From Stegostoma tigrinum (lineage: Eukaryota): a stretch of DNA of 64,000 nucleotides. The position numbers and the translations under genes are program-made. Positions 1 through 13,430 of the stretch are shown piece after piece. The notes under the pieces are model-generated. The model saw only the letters and a program-made list of their open reading frames with translations, searched no databases and was not told the origin of the DNA. Each line of letters starts with the position of its first letter. The stretch's first letter is position 1. The stretch spans positions 21,056,818-21,120,817 of the forward strand of contig NC_081384.1 of assembly GCF_030684315.1 (NCBI RefSeq). The letters run 5' to 3'.

Positions 1-283
1 ACACATGGCAAATTTAGCTTGTCACTTTCACTGAACAACATCCATTTTAGAAACTTGGCACCAAAATCTCTGGGCATGTTCCATGGGTACTGACCAACAT
101 CCACATCTGATATGTGACAGTCTCTAAAAGACCTCCAGGGACATCTCTGATGCACCTACAGGATCCTTCTGCACTGCAATGCTGCACTGGCAACTATCAT
201 TGTAATCCTGTGGCAAGAACACTGAGTACTCGGGCACATGGGCCCAGCTTTAAGACTGAACCAGGCTGCATCTTCAGGCTAAG

Positions 284-511
284 TGAAAACCGAAAAAACT
301 GCAGATGCTGTAAATCAGGAACAAAAGCTGCGGAAAAGCTCAGCAGGTCTGGCAGCATCTGTGAAGGAAAAACAGAGTTAACGTTTTGGGTCTGGTGACT
401 ATTCCTCAGAATAGGCCCCCAGCCGTACTGGATTTGAAATATTAGCTCTGTTTCTCACACCACAGATGCTGCCTCTCCTGCTGAGTTTCTCCAATGTTCT
501 ACGTATTTGTT
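284..511. mobile_element. Penelope-like element terminal fragments (older subfamily), inverted pair
   Basis: GAACTGCAGATGCTG-like ...CTCAGCAGGTCTGGCAGCATCTG...AACGTTTTGGGTC..CCTCAG (284-410), followed by a diverged opposite-orientation copy (~430-511). Confidence 0.6.
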
Positions 512-1074
512 ACTTACCGCTGCTTTCAGCTTTGACCAGGGATTGAAAGCAGTTTACATGGCTCCATCTTCCACCATGTGGAGGGACAAGAGAAGCAGAA
601 CACCAGTACCAGCCAAAGCAAAGCGGCTGGAGATGCTGATACCTTTTCTACAGCCAGAAGTAGCTCCATAGGACATGTGGGATTTCCGAGGCTGTGATAA
701 CACTGTAGTGGGTTTGCAGGCTGAAATCAGGTCTCCAGAGAGGTTTGAGTACCAGTGCCTCAGAAGGCTCACACATTCATGTCAGGTCGTTTGCAGCTTC
801 ATGGAGCAAGATCTCTTTCCCAGTGGAATGGATTGCATTGTCGGTGGTGTACAAGGTGACTGGGGGATCACCATCTCCCTTTATCCCACATTACCCCTGC
901 ACACCAAGTAAACCCAATGGTGCACTCTCTTCCTTACACCTCATTTTCCTCATACTCATTGGCTAAGAAATGGCTGTTCTACTGAGTTCTTATTTATAGC
1001 TTTACTGTGTTTATCTGCGCTGGTATTTTGTGCTCCCTATTGCCACTGGCTACCAAATTTGCAGTATTTAGACG

Positions 1075-1322
1075 CATAGAAAATAGGAGCAAGTGTAGAC
1101 CATTCAGACCATCAACCCTGCTCCACCATTCATTATGATCATGGCTAATTATCCACCTCACCCTATTCCCACTTTCTCCCCATAGTCTTTGATTCTCTTA
1201 GTCCTAAGAGCTATATCTAACTCCTTCTTGAAAACATTCAGTGTTTGGCTTCAACCACTTTCTGTTGTGGAGAATTCCACAAGTTAACCACTCCCTAGGT
1301 GAAGAAATTTTTCCTTATCTCA
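1075..1322 (-). mobile_element. CR1-type LINE 3' end fragment
   Basis: Reverse complement of CR1 ORF2 C-terminus and 3'UTR (CATAGAAAATAGGAGCAAG...GTGAAGAAATTTTTCCTTATCTC). Confidence 0.7.
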
Positions 1323-1509
1323 TAACAGACAACTAGAGTTGTTCAAAACCTGAAAAAAAATTAGGGCTTCAATCTCAATCCTAACATGAACTAAAATTCA
1401 AACTCAGCAACCTCTCTATAGCCTGAACAGATGTACCTGAGTAAAGAGTTACACAACAATGCTAAACATTGCAAAGAAACAAAAAAATGACATGACCAAC
1501 AGTTAAGTA

Positions 1510-2412
1510 CCAAAGTGGCTCAAGGTTAGGTGGCATCATGGACTGTGTAGATAATAGCATAAAATTACGAGGGGGTACTGATAGACTAAGTGAATGGGCA
1601 AAACTGTGGCAGATGTTGGTCAACGTAAGTAAATGTGAGATTATCCATTTTAAACTGAAACATGATAGATAAGGGTACTTTCTTGATGGTATGAAGCTGA
1701 ATATAATGGGTTCAGGTGCATAGATTTTTAAAATGTCAATAACAGCTGCAAAACGTAATCAGGAAAGCTAATCAAATACTCATCTTTATATTTAATGATG
1801 AAGACATTATTTGGCAGTTATAGAAAATTCTAGTGATACTCCATTTGGAGTACTGTTAACAGACCGAGGCACCACACCGTAGAAAGGATATATTGGCCAT
1901 GGAGAGAGAACAACATAGGTTTACGAGAATGATACTTGGGCTTCTAGAGTTAAGTTATGAAGAAAAATTATACAAATTAGACCTGTTTTCTCAAGGGATA
2001 ATCTGATCATAGTATTCAAGATATTAATAAGAAAAGGTAGGGTATTTAAAGATAAACTATTTCCACGGCGTGTGGATTTTAGAACCGAGATGTGGGGGGG
2101 GGGTGGGGGGGGTAGTGGGCGGGGTGCGTAGTCTGAGAATTAAGGCCAGACTGTTCAGGAGAGATGTTAGCAAGCACTTCTACACACAAAGGATAGTAGA
2201 TATTTGGAATTGTTTTCCACAAATGGCAGCAGATGCAGGATCAGTTTCTAATTTTAAATCTGAGACAGTTTCACTTTTGTTAAGCAAGTTTTATTAAGGG
2301 ATAGGGGACAAAGGCAAACATGTGCAGTTAATTCACTCATCAGCCATAATTTCATGAAATGGTGCAACAGACTCGAGGGGCTGAATGGTCGACTCTTGTT
2401 CCTATGTTCTTC
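1510..2412 (+). mobile_element. CR1-type LINE 3' fragment (decayed)
   Basis: Degenerate RT C-terminal motifs (LSEWAKLWQM, KHFYTQRIVDIWN); 3' end CTTGTTCCTATGTTCT. Confidence 0.8.
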
Positions 2413-2777
2413 TGTCTGAAAGTAGCGAAGCAACAGTAATAATAGCCATGGAAAATGTTCTCATGTCATTTTGGATGAAGATGAAGGCATAATGATGGGA
2501 GGCAGCCAGAAAATGAGCAACCTAATAGAAAGTGGGTCAAATTAATTCCTCTTAAAAGTTTTGCTGCTAAGTAAAAGTCCCTGGTATTTGCATAATTGAA
2601 AGGATATGCTTAGAGCAAGTCTTATGTAGTTAATGATATGAAAGCCATATCCTTCATATATTCCTTAAAGAATTGTGAGATTATTTGATTTTTTTTCTAG
2701 AAATGTCCAATGATGCTGATGCTTGTGCTTGAAGGAGAGAGAAAGTACAGATCTCTGTGCTAATTATCAAACAGCAT

Positions 2778-2931
2778 CCCTGCTGGTTCAATGTTTTTAA
2801 GCAATGATGAGATAGTGAGCAGACCAAGAATGTTTCAGGTTCCCTCACAATGTTCTGAGTTAACTAATCTGAATAAACATAGAAAAAAAAATCATAATTA
2901 GCTTTCATACTCCATAGTAGGCGAGGGAAAA
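2778..2931 (+). mobile_element. LF-SINE-like relic
   Basis: CAGACCAAGAA..CAGGTTC...CTGAGTTAACTAATCT...CATAATTAGCTTTCA...AGGCGAGGGAAAA resembles the LF-SINE consensus as I recall it. Confidence 0.5.
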
Positions 2932-3189
2932 TGTAATGAATCCAAAGTAGGTTTCAGGAGGCCGGATTGGAGGGCATATGGGGAGGGTCGGGGCAATGGA
3001 ATCATGCTTCGGATGAATTTGGATGAGCATTTACTGTATTTCCTGGCTCCTCAGGCTTCTGTAATGAAAATATATTTCTAAAATTACTTTTCTTAGGCAT
3101 CTGCCCAGCGTACCTTAAAAGGGGCCCCTTGAGCAGTGGGATCAATTCATCAGCTTAGGTGGAGCCAACCCACCCAAAATTGGAATTTT

Positions 3190-3570
3190 ATCATTAGTTG
3201 CAACAAGAAACTCTCTGGAGGACAGCTTTAAGGATGTCCTCAAAGCAAACCTGAGGAAGTCAAACATCTCATGCCAGCTCACACAAGTCCCTGGGTGGTG
3301 AGCAACAAAAATGGAAAAGATTCATCTGGGAAGGCACCAAACATACCGAGAGACCTCTTTGGGAACACACACAGATGAAGTTAAGCCATTGGAGGGAGAG
3401 CACAAATCTTCAAACAACTCCATTTAGCCAACCTTTCAAGCACCGCCTGCCCTTCCTGTGGCAGAGTCTGTTTTGCACACCAGACTTATGGGCCATTTCA
3501 GACCACATTGAACTGGAATGGCAACAAATTATCCTCAATCCCTACAGACAGCCAATACAAAAGGCATAAA
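3190..3570 (+). mobile_element. RTE-clade LINE 3' fragment (decayed)
   Basis: GGACAGCTTTAAGGATGTCCTCAAAGCAAACCTGAGGAAG (FKDVLKANLRK) and downstream C-terminal remnants typical of RTE ORF ends. Confidence 0.55.
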
Positions 3571-5479
3571 CTTGAAATTCCCTACATTCTCCCTGTTTGA
3601 CTTCTGAAGAATTCTGAAGAAATAGGTATCAATATTTTACCAAAAGAATCCCATCCGCAAACAATTCAGAGTCTTTTTTAATGCATTTTCTACATTTATA
3701 ACCACAGGAATTCTGACTAATTGGTGTAAAATGATGCCCTTCCAAATTTTTCGTGATATATGCTGATCAAATTACACAAGGTAATTCAGAATTGTAACTA
3801 AAACTCAATATGCAAACAGTTTACAAACTGAAAGAGGCTGGTCTGAGACTTTGCCACATGTTACAATACAGTTAATAGCTTATCTGCGACTACACTGCAA
3901 CTGAAATCCTTCAGGCATTCAGGGTGTTCCAATACTCTTTTAAAAATATACCAAGAATACCAACTAGCCCCATGTGTACCTGACGGCTAAAATAAATGAT
4001 TTTATATTTTGTTCAAAAACCTTTGATATCGTCATCAAATAAAGATTAAAAAGAAGATTGCAGTTCAAACAAAGGCAGCTTTGAAATCAGAAGGTGAATA
4101 CAATCCTTCCATTGGATTCTTAACTTCCTCCTTTTTTTGTAAGAAAGGCAATTAAAAGTAGAGTCTGCTAAAACAGTTACTCCATGCTGGACCTCAGCTA
4201 CAGGAACTTGTGATCTATTTGATTTATGTCTTAAAGAAATGCCAGACGCAAGGCTGAACATGATCGGAGTCACTACTATTAAGTTAGCCAACACCCCCCA
4301 AGGAGAACCATACAATTTAGCTTACAGATCATTGCCTTCTTAAAACTTAACCACAAAATTGGTAAACTAACGTAACGACCATCTTTACACTGCCACGAGA
4401 TCACTCGATGAGTTTAAATAGAACAATTGGTGATCTCCCTACATTATCACCCCATGAAAAACATAAGATTAACACCAATCACAATGTTCACAATGCATGC
4501 ATAAATTTTAGGCTAGTCCTTAGGATGAGTTTGTTCCATTTTTTCATTGCTTAATGAAGAACAGATTAATCGCATATGTGCAGGAGGAACAAGATACTTC
4601 TGGACGAAAAAAAGGATGGCTAAATTAGAAAGAAAAGTCTTGGCAGATCATTGTCGGATGATATGTTACAGCTGGGTGCACATCGAACACTGGAAAGCTG
4701 AGAGGAAACACAATGCTAACATATGCAGAGTCAGTCAGAGGTACAAAGCTTTGCATAAACTTTGCAAAATCTTCAAAAAATGCTTGTGATTTATTCAGTA
4801 ATACTCTTAAACACTGCTGGGTGGTTTTTCTAAAGAAGATATTTTAAAAATTAAGAATGATAATGATTGCTGGCTTCTACATGTCAGTAATTAAGGTCAT
4901 TTTTAACCAAGATATTGCATTGTCAACTTCTCCATTAACTTGCATCTCACTTGATTAAATTAGCATAATCATGCACAAAATGGACCCTTTTTTAAACTCA
5001 AAGAGGAAAACTAAAGCCTTCCAAACCATTTAGTCTGTGTCTATTTTCTCCACAAAAAGAACTGGGCAGTACGAAAGACTGATTGGGTGGACTGATTTGA
5101 AAGTCACTGCATACTGAATTAATAAAAAGTGTAATTTCACATGTGCAAGAATTCAGTTAACTCTTTGACTACTGGTAACTGATTCCACTTTCAACAAGGA
5201 CACATTTAAAAAATACTATCTGGGCAAAAGGTTTTGATTAATCTGCTTTCAATCACACGGTCTAGAGGTGATTAAAATATCAGACTTGTGACGATGAGTT
5301 TGTCAGGAAAAGCCCTCAAATGTTTAAGTATATTCCTGCTAATATAATGTCATAATGAGCATTAATTTTTATACCTAATGATGCTTGGATATCCTATGTT
5401 CAATTCATAAGCCAGGTTATGTTAATGAAAAATGTTTTTAACCTCATATTTACACAATTGTAATTGTAACTTGAATTCT

Positions 5480-6420
5480 CCTGCCCATTGTCTCTGGTGT
5501 CCTCCAAGGATCTGCAGTTGACTCTTTCCATTTTCTTATCGACACTCTGTTCCTCAGTGACATTCCTCATAAGAGTCTCAGTTTCCTAACATATGTTGAT
5601 GACACCGAAGCCATAGCTCACCACCAACTCCCTTGAATCCTACATTGTGTCTAAATTGACAGAATGCTTGTCTGACATCCAGTACTGAATGAAAAGATGC
5701 TGCCTCATATTGCAAAGACTGCAAATATATTGCCTTTTCTCCCAGCTACAGACTGTACTCCACACTGATTTGGCTTGCTCACAGCCAGCTTTTGGAGTGA
5801 ACAGAACATTTGCCACAAACTCCCTGTCCAGGGTCCAAGATTGACTGTTCACCTCTCTAATCAGTCTGCCTCACTCCTTTATTTTTCTCCTTTTCAGCAT
5901 TCCTTAAAATCCCACCTCTTATGTGGCTCAGTGCCAACTTCTGTTTTATGACACTCTCATGAAGTGCCTTAGGCTGTTTTACTAGGTTGAAGGCACTATA
6001 TAAATACAAGATGTTGTGGTTCTGGCTGTGCCTGTTGCTTCACATCCTTCCCTGAGCCCATCAACTTAAATTTCCTCTAAGGAAGCCACCACATGAGATC
6101 CAAATGCACATTTATCTCTAATTTCCTATCTCTCCTAATTTTGTTCCCAAGCTCACTTTGACTTCTAGACCCCAACTTGCTCACTCTCTCCAATTCCCAC
6201 TAATTATTGACAATCCAATTTCCTTTCCTTGTCCAAAGTTAGGTGATATTTTTAACAAATCTCTCGCTTTAGGTTCTGTCTCCCTATCTTTTAAATCTGC
6301 CTTTGTTAACCCTCTCCTCAAAAATGCAACACTAAACCCCCTTACCCTTAAAAACTACCACATTATATTCAGCCTTCATTTCCTCTCCAAAGTCTTTCAA
6401 CATTGTAATGACTAGATGCA
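5480..6420 (+). mobile_element. L2-clade LINE fragments
   Basis: GVLQGS and YVDDT (RT) remnants at 5495-5550; L2-type 3' tail GGCACTATATAAATACAAGATGTTG at ~5992-6016; PLLKNATLNP..LKNY remnant at ~6310-6360. Confidence 0.65.
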
Positions 6421-6707
6421 ATGTGAAGTTTCCCAATGTGTTACATTTTCATATAGGATACTCCAAACCAGAGGGATGAACTAGTGCCTCTATTTTTTTA
6501 ATTACCCATTCTCTTTGTAGAGTGCAACAAGGTTAAACATGATCCCTTCACTTGTGGGCACCTTTCTCCCAAACCCATATTAATTTATGATTTGAAAAGA
6601 ATCAATTTAACCATGCTTTCTTCAGTTAAAAAAAGGAGTGTGTTTATTATTTATTATATGTGAGAAGAATTAGTAACACCACCCACATGCACACAGATTG
6701 GAAATTA

Positions 6708-8235
6708 TGTGCTGAATCTTATGCTCTTTTGGCTAAGTGCTTGCTGCATTGAGATTTTTGGAGAGATTCTCAACTGAAGGCCCAGCATGATTCCTCACCA
6801 TTCCTTACCAAATGAACCTTATTAACCACCTACCTCACCGCTCGCATCCAAATGCAGCCCCATCTTACCACACTCCATTCCCAGAACAATTTCAGCAGGA
6901 AGACTCTGCATCTGTTGTGCCCACTTCATTGGTAAAAGTCAATTATACACCCAGCTAAGCACTGCCGGTGTTGAACTGCCCTGGACAGTTACTGATATGT
7001 ACCCCAGAAATGCTAGACGGGGAGAAACTGACATCCCTCTGTGAATGTGTGTGCCTGGAAGTCCTGCTGGATGGGGTGATGCAGGCGTGGGATGCCTACT
7101 TCCCCTAAAACCAGCTGTGGAGGCCATTGTCTGCCTGTTCCGACACTACACATGGGTCATTGCGATCTCAGCTTCTGGACAAATGCACAGCATCGTAGCA
7201 GGGAGGTCAATGGCCTTCTCTACTCTGCCAAAGTAAGTGCTATCACCTTCTTGCTGATACAACACTTTCTCTCTTCTATTGCACCTATCTCTCACCAAGG
7301 CTAATTGGGGACCATTCTCACTATTTTCTGCAATGTCTTCCCTCATTCATTCTCACATCCACTTCCTCCTCCTTCCCACTCCTCAAAACCACCAACCCTG
7401 TATGCCCTCTGAGCTGTGCCATCACTCATTCAAGATACACTCCCTATTTGCACCAACTGTAACAGCTATGCCATCAAATTTTATGTCCCTTAATGCTTGT
7501 CTTCCTCCTATTCCAGGAGGTAAACAGCCCACAAAGGGACAAACAATATCAGGACAGGTGGTGAGCTGCCTGACATTTGACTGTATCTGAGCCTCTGAAG
7601 TGGTATCGGAGGTTGCACCAGAACTCGCTGTGCATAAGCTATCCCCCTTGACTTGACTGAAGACTGCAAAATACATCATGTTTCCTGGCTTTAAATGTGT
7701 GCTAAATGGTGAGCCAAGACAGAAGTGAAATGAGCCTAGTATATCTAACTGAGTGGGCAAAGTGCAAAATGGTAATTTGATGCAATTCCTGGCAGGGATG
7801 ATCTGAGTATCCAGGTAAGCCCAGAACTGAGTTTCTCAAGCAATTTCTGGTTTTGTTTCAGATTTCCAGCATCTGCAGTTCTTTGTTCTATTTTCATCCA
7901 GAGACGCTGCTTGGATTAGTCCACGAGTGGGGTGTGTGTCCCTGACTGCGTGGTATCTTTGCAGCAGGTTTATAATGAGAGCTGCTGGTGAAGCCCAAGG
8001 TATAGCATTGATGTACAGAAGCATCCTGCAACTGAATCAGAGATGTGCCTTGAGGGTCTTAGAGGCTGGCAGGTTGGATTCCAATATCTGTGGCTAGGGT
8101 ATGTGTAACCTGTGATGTGGAGTGTGCCCTGAAATATTGGTACCTGTATCCAACATTGATGCACTTGGGAAGTGGGCTTGCAACCTGAAATCATCAGATC
8201 CCTGCTTTGCTTTTAATGTGGAGAATTTTCAACCA
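6708..8235 (+). mobile_element. Harbinger/PIF-derived non-autonomous element with Myb/SANT-like remnant
   Basis: 5' end similar to 18040-18170; decayed LEVLLDGV...REVNGLL|GTAAGT exon; interrupted by a PLE fragment at ~7826-7890. Confidence 0.5.
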
Positions 8236-8540
8236 TCGAGCTGGTTCAGTATGCGCGTTAGCGTAGGAAGCTGAAAATACAAGTTATAGAGTTAATAAAG
8301 CATTTAACAAGTTATAGTACGCACTCTGCCTTAATTACTGATTTGTCACAGTTTAGTGAGAACTCACCATGGTGCTCAGCAAAAGCATTAAAGATAGAAG
8401 GCGATTGTCCTGACATCTCACCTGATTCTGTCACAAATCTCACTGCAGCTCATATCGCTCAAGCCCCTATAAAATTCCACTCAAAAGGTGAGTCAAATAA
8501 AGTTAATAAAAGATATTTGGATTCATCTCTCTACTGTTTC

Positions 8541-8896
8541 TAGAATAATAGAACCTTACAGTGTGGAATCAGGCCATTCAGTCTGTTGAGTCTGCACGAG
8601 AGCTCCAAAGGGCATCCCTACCAGACCGAATACCACTCTATCCCTGTAACCCTGCACAGGCATGGCTAATCCACCTAACCTACACACCCCTGGACATTGT
8701 GGGCAATGTACCATGGCCCATTCCACTTAACCTGCACATCTTTGGACTGGAGGAGTAAACTGGAGTTCCCAGAGGGAACCCATACAGGTGCAGTCAGAAT
8801 GTGCAAATTCTGCAGACTGTCACCCAAGGGGGACTCCAATCCAGATGTCTGGTGCTGTGAGGCAGCAATGCCAACCATTGAACTACCACGCCACCC
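8541..8896 (-). mobile_element. HE1-like V-SINE
   Basis: tRNA head (reverse of GTGCTGTGAGGCAGC..CACGCCACCC), V-domain (CCTAACCT..CACATCTTTGGACT), HER1-like tail. Confidence 0.85.
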
Positions 8897-11032
8897 TTGC
8901 TCACAAAAAACAGATGCTAAATGTTGTGGCCGTTGAGTTGGAGGTTACTGGTGACATCGATATTGTCCTGTTGATTTTTGAAAGTATTGGTGCGGTAGGC
9001 TGGTTGAAGTTCATTTGTCCCAATGTGTCCCTTCCCTTAACTTGTTTGCAGAACTCAGAATAAGAGAAGGTACCTGTGACCCAGAGATAAATAGAGGTTA
9101 GTTCTTCTATTGTTACCACTGTAACACACAAATCCTCAAACTCTGCCTAGTAAAAAAATGAGATTTCTGTCCCATTAGTCCATTCAGCTGACTTGAAAGT
9201 GACGTTTTAACTCCAATCTTTGTGTATCATTCCAAGGGAAGAAGGTTCAGACATATCTGCATGGTGTGTCAGAGTGTGCTATTGAGCAGACAATCATCAA
9301 CCTCTCATTATTATGGCTGTCACTTGGGATCACAGTTGATTTTTCTTTGACCCCAGGCTTTACATTTCATTCGTCTCTTCCTCTCTCTCTCTCTCTAGAC
9401 AGCCATTTTATTTACATCCACAGCTATTTTTGGCAATACCATCCATTTTTTTGAATTACGGGCAAAGAATGTCCACAGTACCTGAGGGTTCTGACTCATG
9501 GTTGTTACAATATGAACACTGACCCTTTCCCCCAATTGAATATTGGATCCCTCTTACCAAATTTCTGTTGGTGACACAGTATTAAAATGGGTCATATCAA
9601 AGTCACATTGACACTCTATGTAAGTTCAAGCATTGTAAACTATTTCACCTCACCCTTCTGAACTTGTGAGAAGCATTTAATATGATTAACTACATTATCC
9701 TTCCCTAGTGCCACTCAATTGTGCTTTAGCTGGATGAGATAAAATCACCAATCCATTCTTATCGATTCCAACTGGAGCCAGAGGATCATTTGCACCAGCT
9801 CATCACTCTCCTCCCACACTGTCACCTCTGTTGTCCTGAAGGAGCTATCCTCAACCACCTTCAACTTATGAACTATATCTTGCCACTCAACTACATCAAA
9901 TGAAAATATAACTTCAGCTTTCACGTCCACATTGATGGCATCTAGTTATACCTCTGCACCGCTTTTCTAAACCTCTTTTCTGTCTCTAAATTGTTCAACA
10001 GTTTGTGTGAAATTTAGTACTGGATGAGCAAAGATTTCCTCCATTTAATTATTGGAAGGACTGGAGTCATTGGGTAGAAATGAATGTAGGGGTTGGAAGT
10101 TGTTAACACCAGCTGGATAGTGAGCCCTAGTCCGCCCACATTTGAGAAGGTCCATCATATTATGTGTCAGTCAGGCTCTGAACTGGGCAGCCCCAGGCAT
10201 TCACCAGTATCAAGACCCCCACCCCAGGGCAGAAATACAAGCACCCACTGGTCTAAGGGTGCTGGCCCATCAGAGAACAGGAGGTGCACTTGGCAGCAGG
10301 GAGAGAAAGATGTTATCATAATAAACCCACCAACAGGCTAGGCTTGAAAGGGACTCAGATCACAGGAAAGTGATGGCATAAGGAAGGTGACAGGGCATGG
10401 ATTGTGCAGGGCAGACTGAGGTGTAATGGAAGTAAACACTCATGAAATCTCTCAATACTTCTCCCTGCTAACCTCCAACCCCATTCCTGATTCTGGGTCC
10501 CTTAGTCAGGTACTGAATACTTTTGAAGCATTTGAAGCATTTTCTCATAGTGAAATTCTCATCTTTCTTTTCAAATCTCACCATAATATCACCCCATATC
10601 ATCTGTGTGTGCTCCCACTGCTCGATCACTCCTGAGATATCTGCTTTTGATCTAGGGATCTATTTCCTCTTGGAAATCTCCGAACAACCTCAAAAGGGCT
10701 TGCTTTTGAAAAATGAAGACTAACATTAATGGATGAGGCCCTTAAGTGAGCATTAATTGCCCACTTAAGGCATCAATCAGCAGTGAGGCTTGAGTGCTGC
10801 CTTGACCGATTCCCATCCCACTTGATTAAATGCCCCTCACCACCAAATGTGTTTCAGGGGAGGGCATTAACTTCTAACCACAAACGTCTTTGCCTAGCTG
10901 CTTAGTAAAATATATTTCTGTCACTGGCTACCTTCTGTCTTATTTGACCCTGAGTTGAGGTTCTGACCATCACTTAGATTGTTAATTTCTGGGTCTGTAA
11001 CACTGGCAACTCCACTCCTGCCTAAGCTAGTG

Positions 11033-11393
11033 GGGGAGGCAATGGCCTAGTGGTTTTGTCACTGAGCTATTAATCCATAGACCTGGATAGTGCCCTGGGG
11101 ACCTGGGTTCAAATCCCACCATAGCAGATGGTGGAATTTGAATTTAATAAAATATCTGGAATTAAGAATCTAATGATGACTGTGAATCCATTGTTGATTG
11201 TCAGGGAAAAACCTATCCAATCACTAATGTCCTTTAGGGAAGGAAACTGCTATACTTACTTGGCCTGGCTTACATGTGGCTCCCAACCCACAGCAGTGTG
11301 GTTGACTCTTAACTGCCCTCTTGGCAATTAAGAATAGTCAATAAATACTGCCTGGCCAGCGACACCCTCATCCTGTGTATGAATAAAGAAAAA
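11033..11393 (+). mobile_element. tRNA-derived SINE (second elasmobranch family), near full length
   Basis: A box TGGCCTAGTGG, B box GGTTCAAATCC, body CCTTTAGGGAAGGAAA, tail AATAAAT..GGCCAGCGAC..GAATAAAGAAAAA. Confidence 0.85.
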
Positions 11394-11968
11394 GCTTGCT
11401 TCTAAAAGTCTCATCCATTTCATTATTCTTTCTGGACTTGACTATTCCGATGTACTCTAGATATCCTCCCATCTTCCACACTCTAACTAACTCAGAATCT
11501 TCCAAACCTCTGCTGCCTGTAACCTAAATTACCAAGCCCCATTTACCACCTAGTCTGACATTGGCACTTGGTCTGATGGTACTCCTGTTTTGAAATTCTT
11601 ATCTTTCTTTCCAAATCCCTCCATATCACCGTAGCACATCTCTGTGTGTTCTTTCAGCTCCACAACACCCTGACGTGTTTGCTTTCTTCGAATTCTGTGC
11701 TTCCTATTTTAATACTCCACCATTGGAAGATATACCTTTAGCTGTCAAGGCCCTGAGCTCAAAAACACCCTTCATAAACTTCTACCCCTCTCTGTTTCTC
11801 TTTTTTTTGCTTTAAATCTGCATTTCCTCCCTTCACATCTCCTTATGTGGTTCGCTATCACGTGATGTTTGATTACACTCATGTGAAGCAACCATCTCTA
11901 ACTATACTAAAAGATGGCGAGGCATCTTTCAATATTTTGAAGGTGCTTTATAATTGCAAGTTACTGTT
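11394..11968 (+). mobile_element. L2-clade LINE 3' fragment
   Basis: Pyrimidine-rich L2 ORF2 end; tail AGGTGCTTTATAATTGCAAGTT; related piece at ~10540-10680. Confidence 0.6.
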
Positions 11969-12999
11969 TCTAATGTACAGTTATTGAAAGCAAGAGTTAA
12001 AAGCCTGTGTCTCAGATCTAGTCTCCCAATTAAGAGCCATTTGAAATGTCTCCAAGCTAAATGAGAACTTTATAATCTAATTTCCCAATGTCATTATTGC
12101 CATTTAGCTCTGTTTCCTAATATCAATAGAGCATAGCCTGCATTGAGAGGCTAACAAGTATTGGCCTTGCTTAGAAATAGTTGGGAATTTAAATCTGTCA
12201 ATCCCATGTTGTCCAAAGTAAGTAGCAGTGCAGTGATTTGTTATTGTTCATTCTTGTTCAGAAATGGCTATGTTCATTGACTGAAGGGCTTATTAATACA
12301 AAATGTCAGTATTGTGGAAACAAATTATGCTGGTAATAGGAGTTGTAGAAATTCAGGATATTACACTGTGCCAAATTGTTTAAACTCCTTGCACCTTCAG
12401 GGCTCTTAATCTGTTGAGCATTTTTATTGTTCATTATTAGAATAGTTACTAAGCCTGAAATTGCTGCAGCCACCATTAGCTAGTGGATAGATCATAACTT
12501 TGAATGATACCCTTTAGTTGATTATTTTAGTACACACACGACTCGGTTACAACAAAAGGATTACTATCTGCATTAAATAAATGGACACTGGATGGCGAAA
12601 CAAAGATAAATGTATTCTTTCACTAATTTCAACCGAACTAATTTCTAAGTTAAATTGCTCTATACTGAAGAAACATTAGTTTACAACAACTGACAGGACA
12701 GAATTAGAAATAAATGGCCAAAGGGAGTGAAGCTGTTTGCAACACCAGTAAGATTCCAGTTGACCTGCTCTTAGACACTCATAGATGTTAATTTGTCGTT
12801 ATATATAAACATATGGTTTATGGCCAAAATAGCAAATGTACGTGAAAGGAAGGCAAAAATAACTGTAGCACAGAATTTGAGATACATGGTTTTATGAAAT
12901 TCATTTTGTGGTCATTCCAAGTTTTTCTTCAATCGCGTACAGAAAAATCTGCATAGACTATATTTTACTTAAATAGCTGCACAGCATGTTCTTGTGCAG

Positions 13000-13214
13000 A
13001 AGACATTTACATCAGTGAGAATGATTCCAGGGATGAGAAATTTCAGTTATAAGGACAGATTGGAGAAGCTGGGACTGTTTTTCTTGGAAAGAAGGCTAAG
13101 AGGAAATATGATAGAAGCTTTCAATATCATGTGGAATCTAGACAGAATAGAATAGATAGAGACGAACTGTTCCCACTCCTAAAAAGAGCAAGAACCGGAG
13201 GATACAGTTTCAAT
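13000..13214 (+). mobile_element. CR1 LINE fragment
   Basis: RMIPGMRNFSYKDRLEKLGLF-type coding remnant. Confidence 0.7.
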
Positions 13215-13430
13215 GATGGCCTATTGGTTTTAATCCTCGACTATTAATTCAGCCATTCAGCTAATGCTCTAGGGAGCTGGGTTCAAATCATGCCTTCGTA
13301 GGCAGCGGAATTTGAATTCAGTCAAAATAAAAATCTGGAATAAGAATCTACTGATGACCATGAAGTCATTATCGATTGTCAGAAAAACCCATTTGGCTCA
13401 TTAATGCCATTCAGGGAAGGAAATCTGTGA
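13215..13430 (+). mobile_element. tRNA-derived SINE (same family as 11033), 3'-truncated
   Basis: ATGGCCTATTGG, GGGTTCAAATC, GAATTTGAATTC, TCAGGGAAGGAAATCTG. Confidence 0.8.

Noticed and set aside
2091-2126. G-rich tract
   Set aside because: Simple expansion inside a decayed CR1; no evidence of function
11033-11120. tRNA-like A and B boxes
   Set aside because: SINE head continuing into a repeat body; no cloverleaf, so not a tRNA gene
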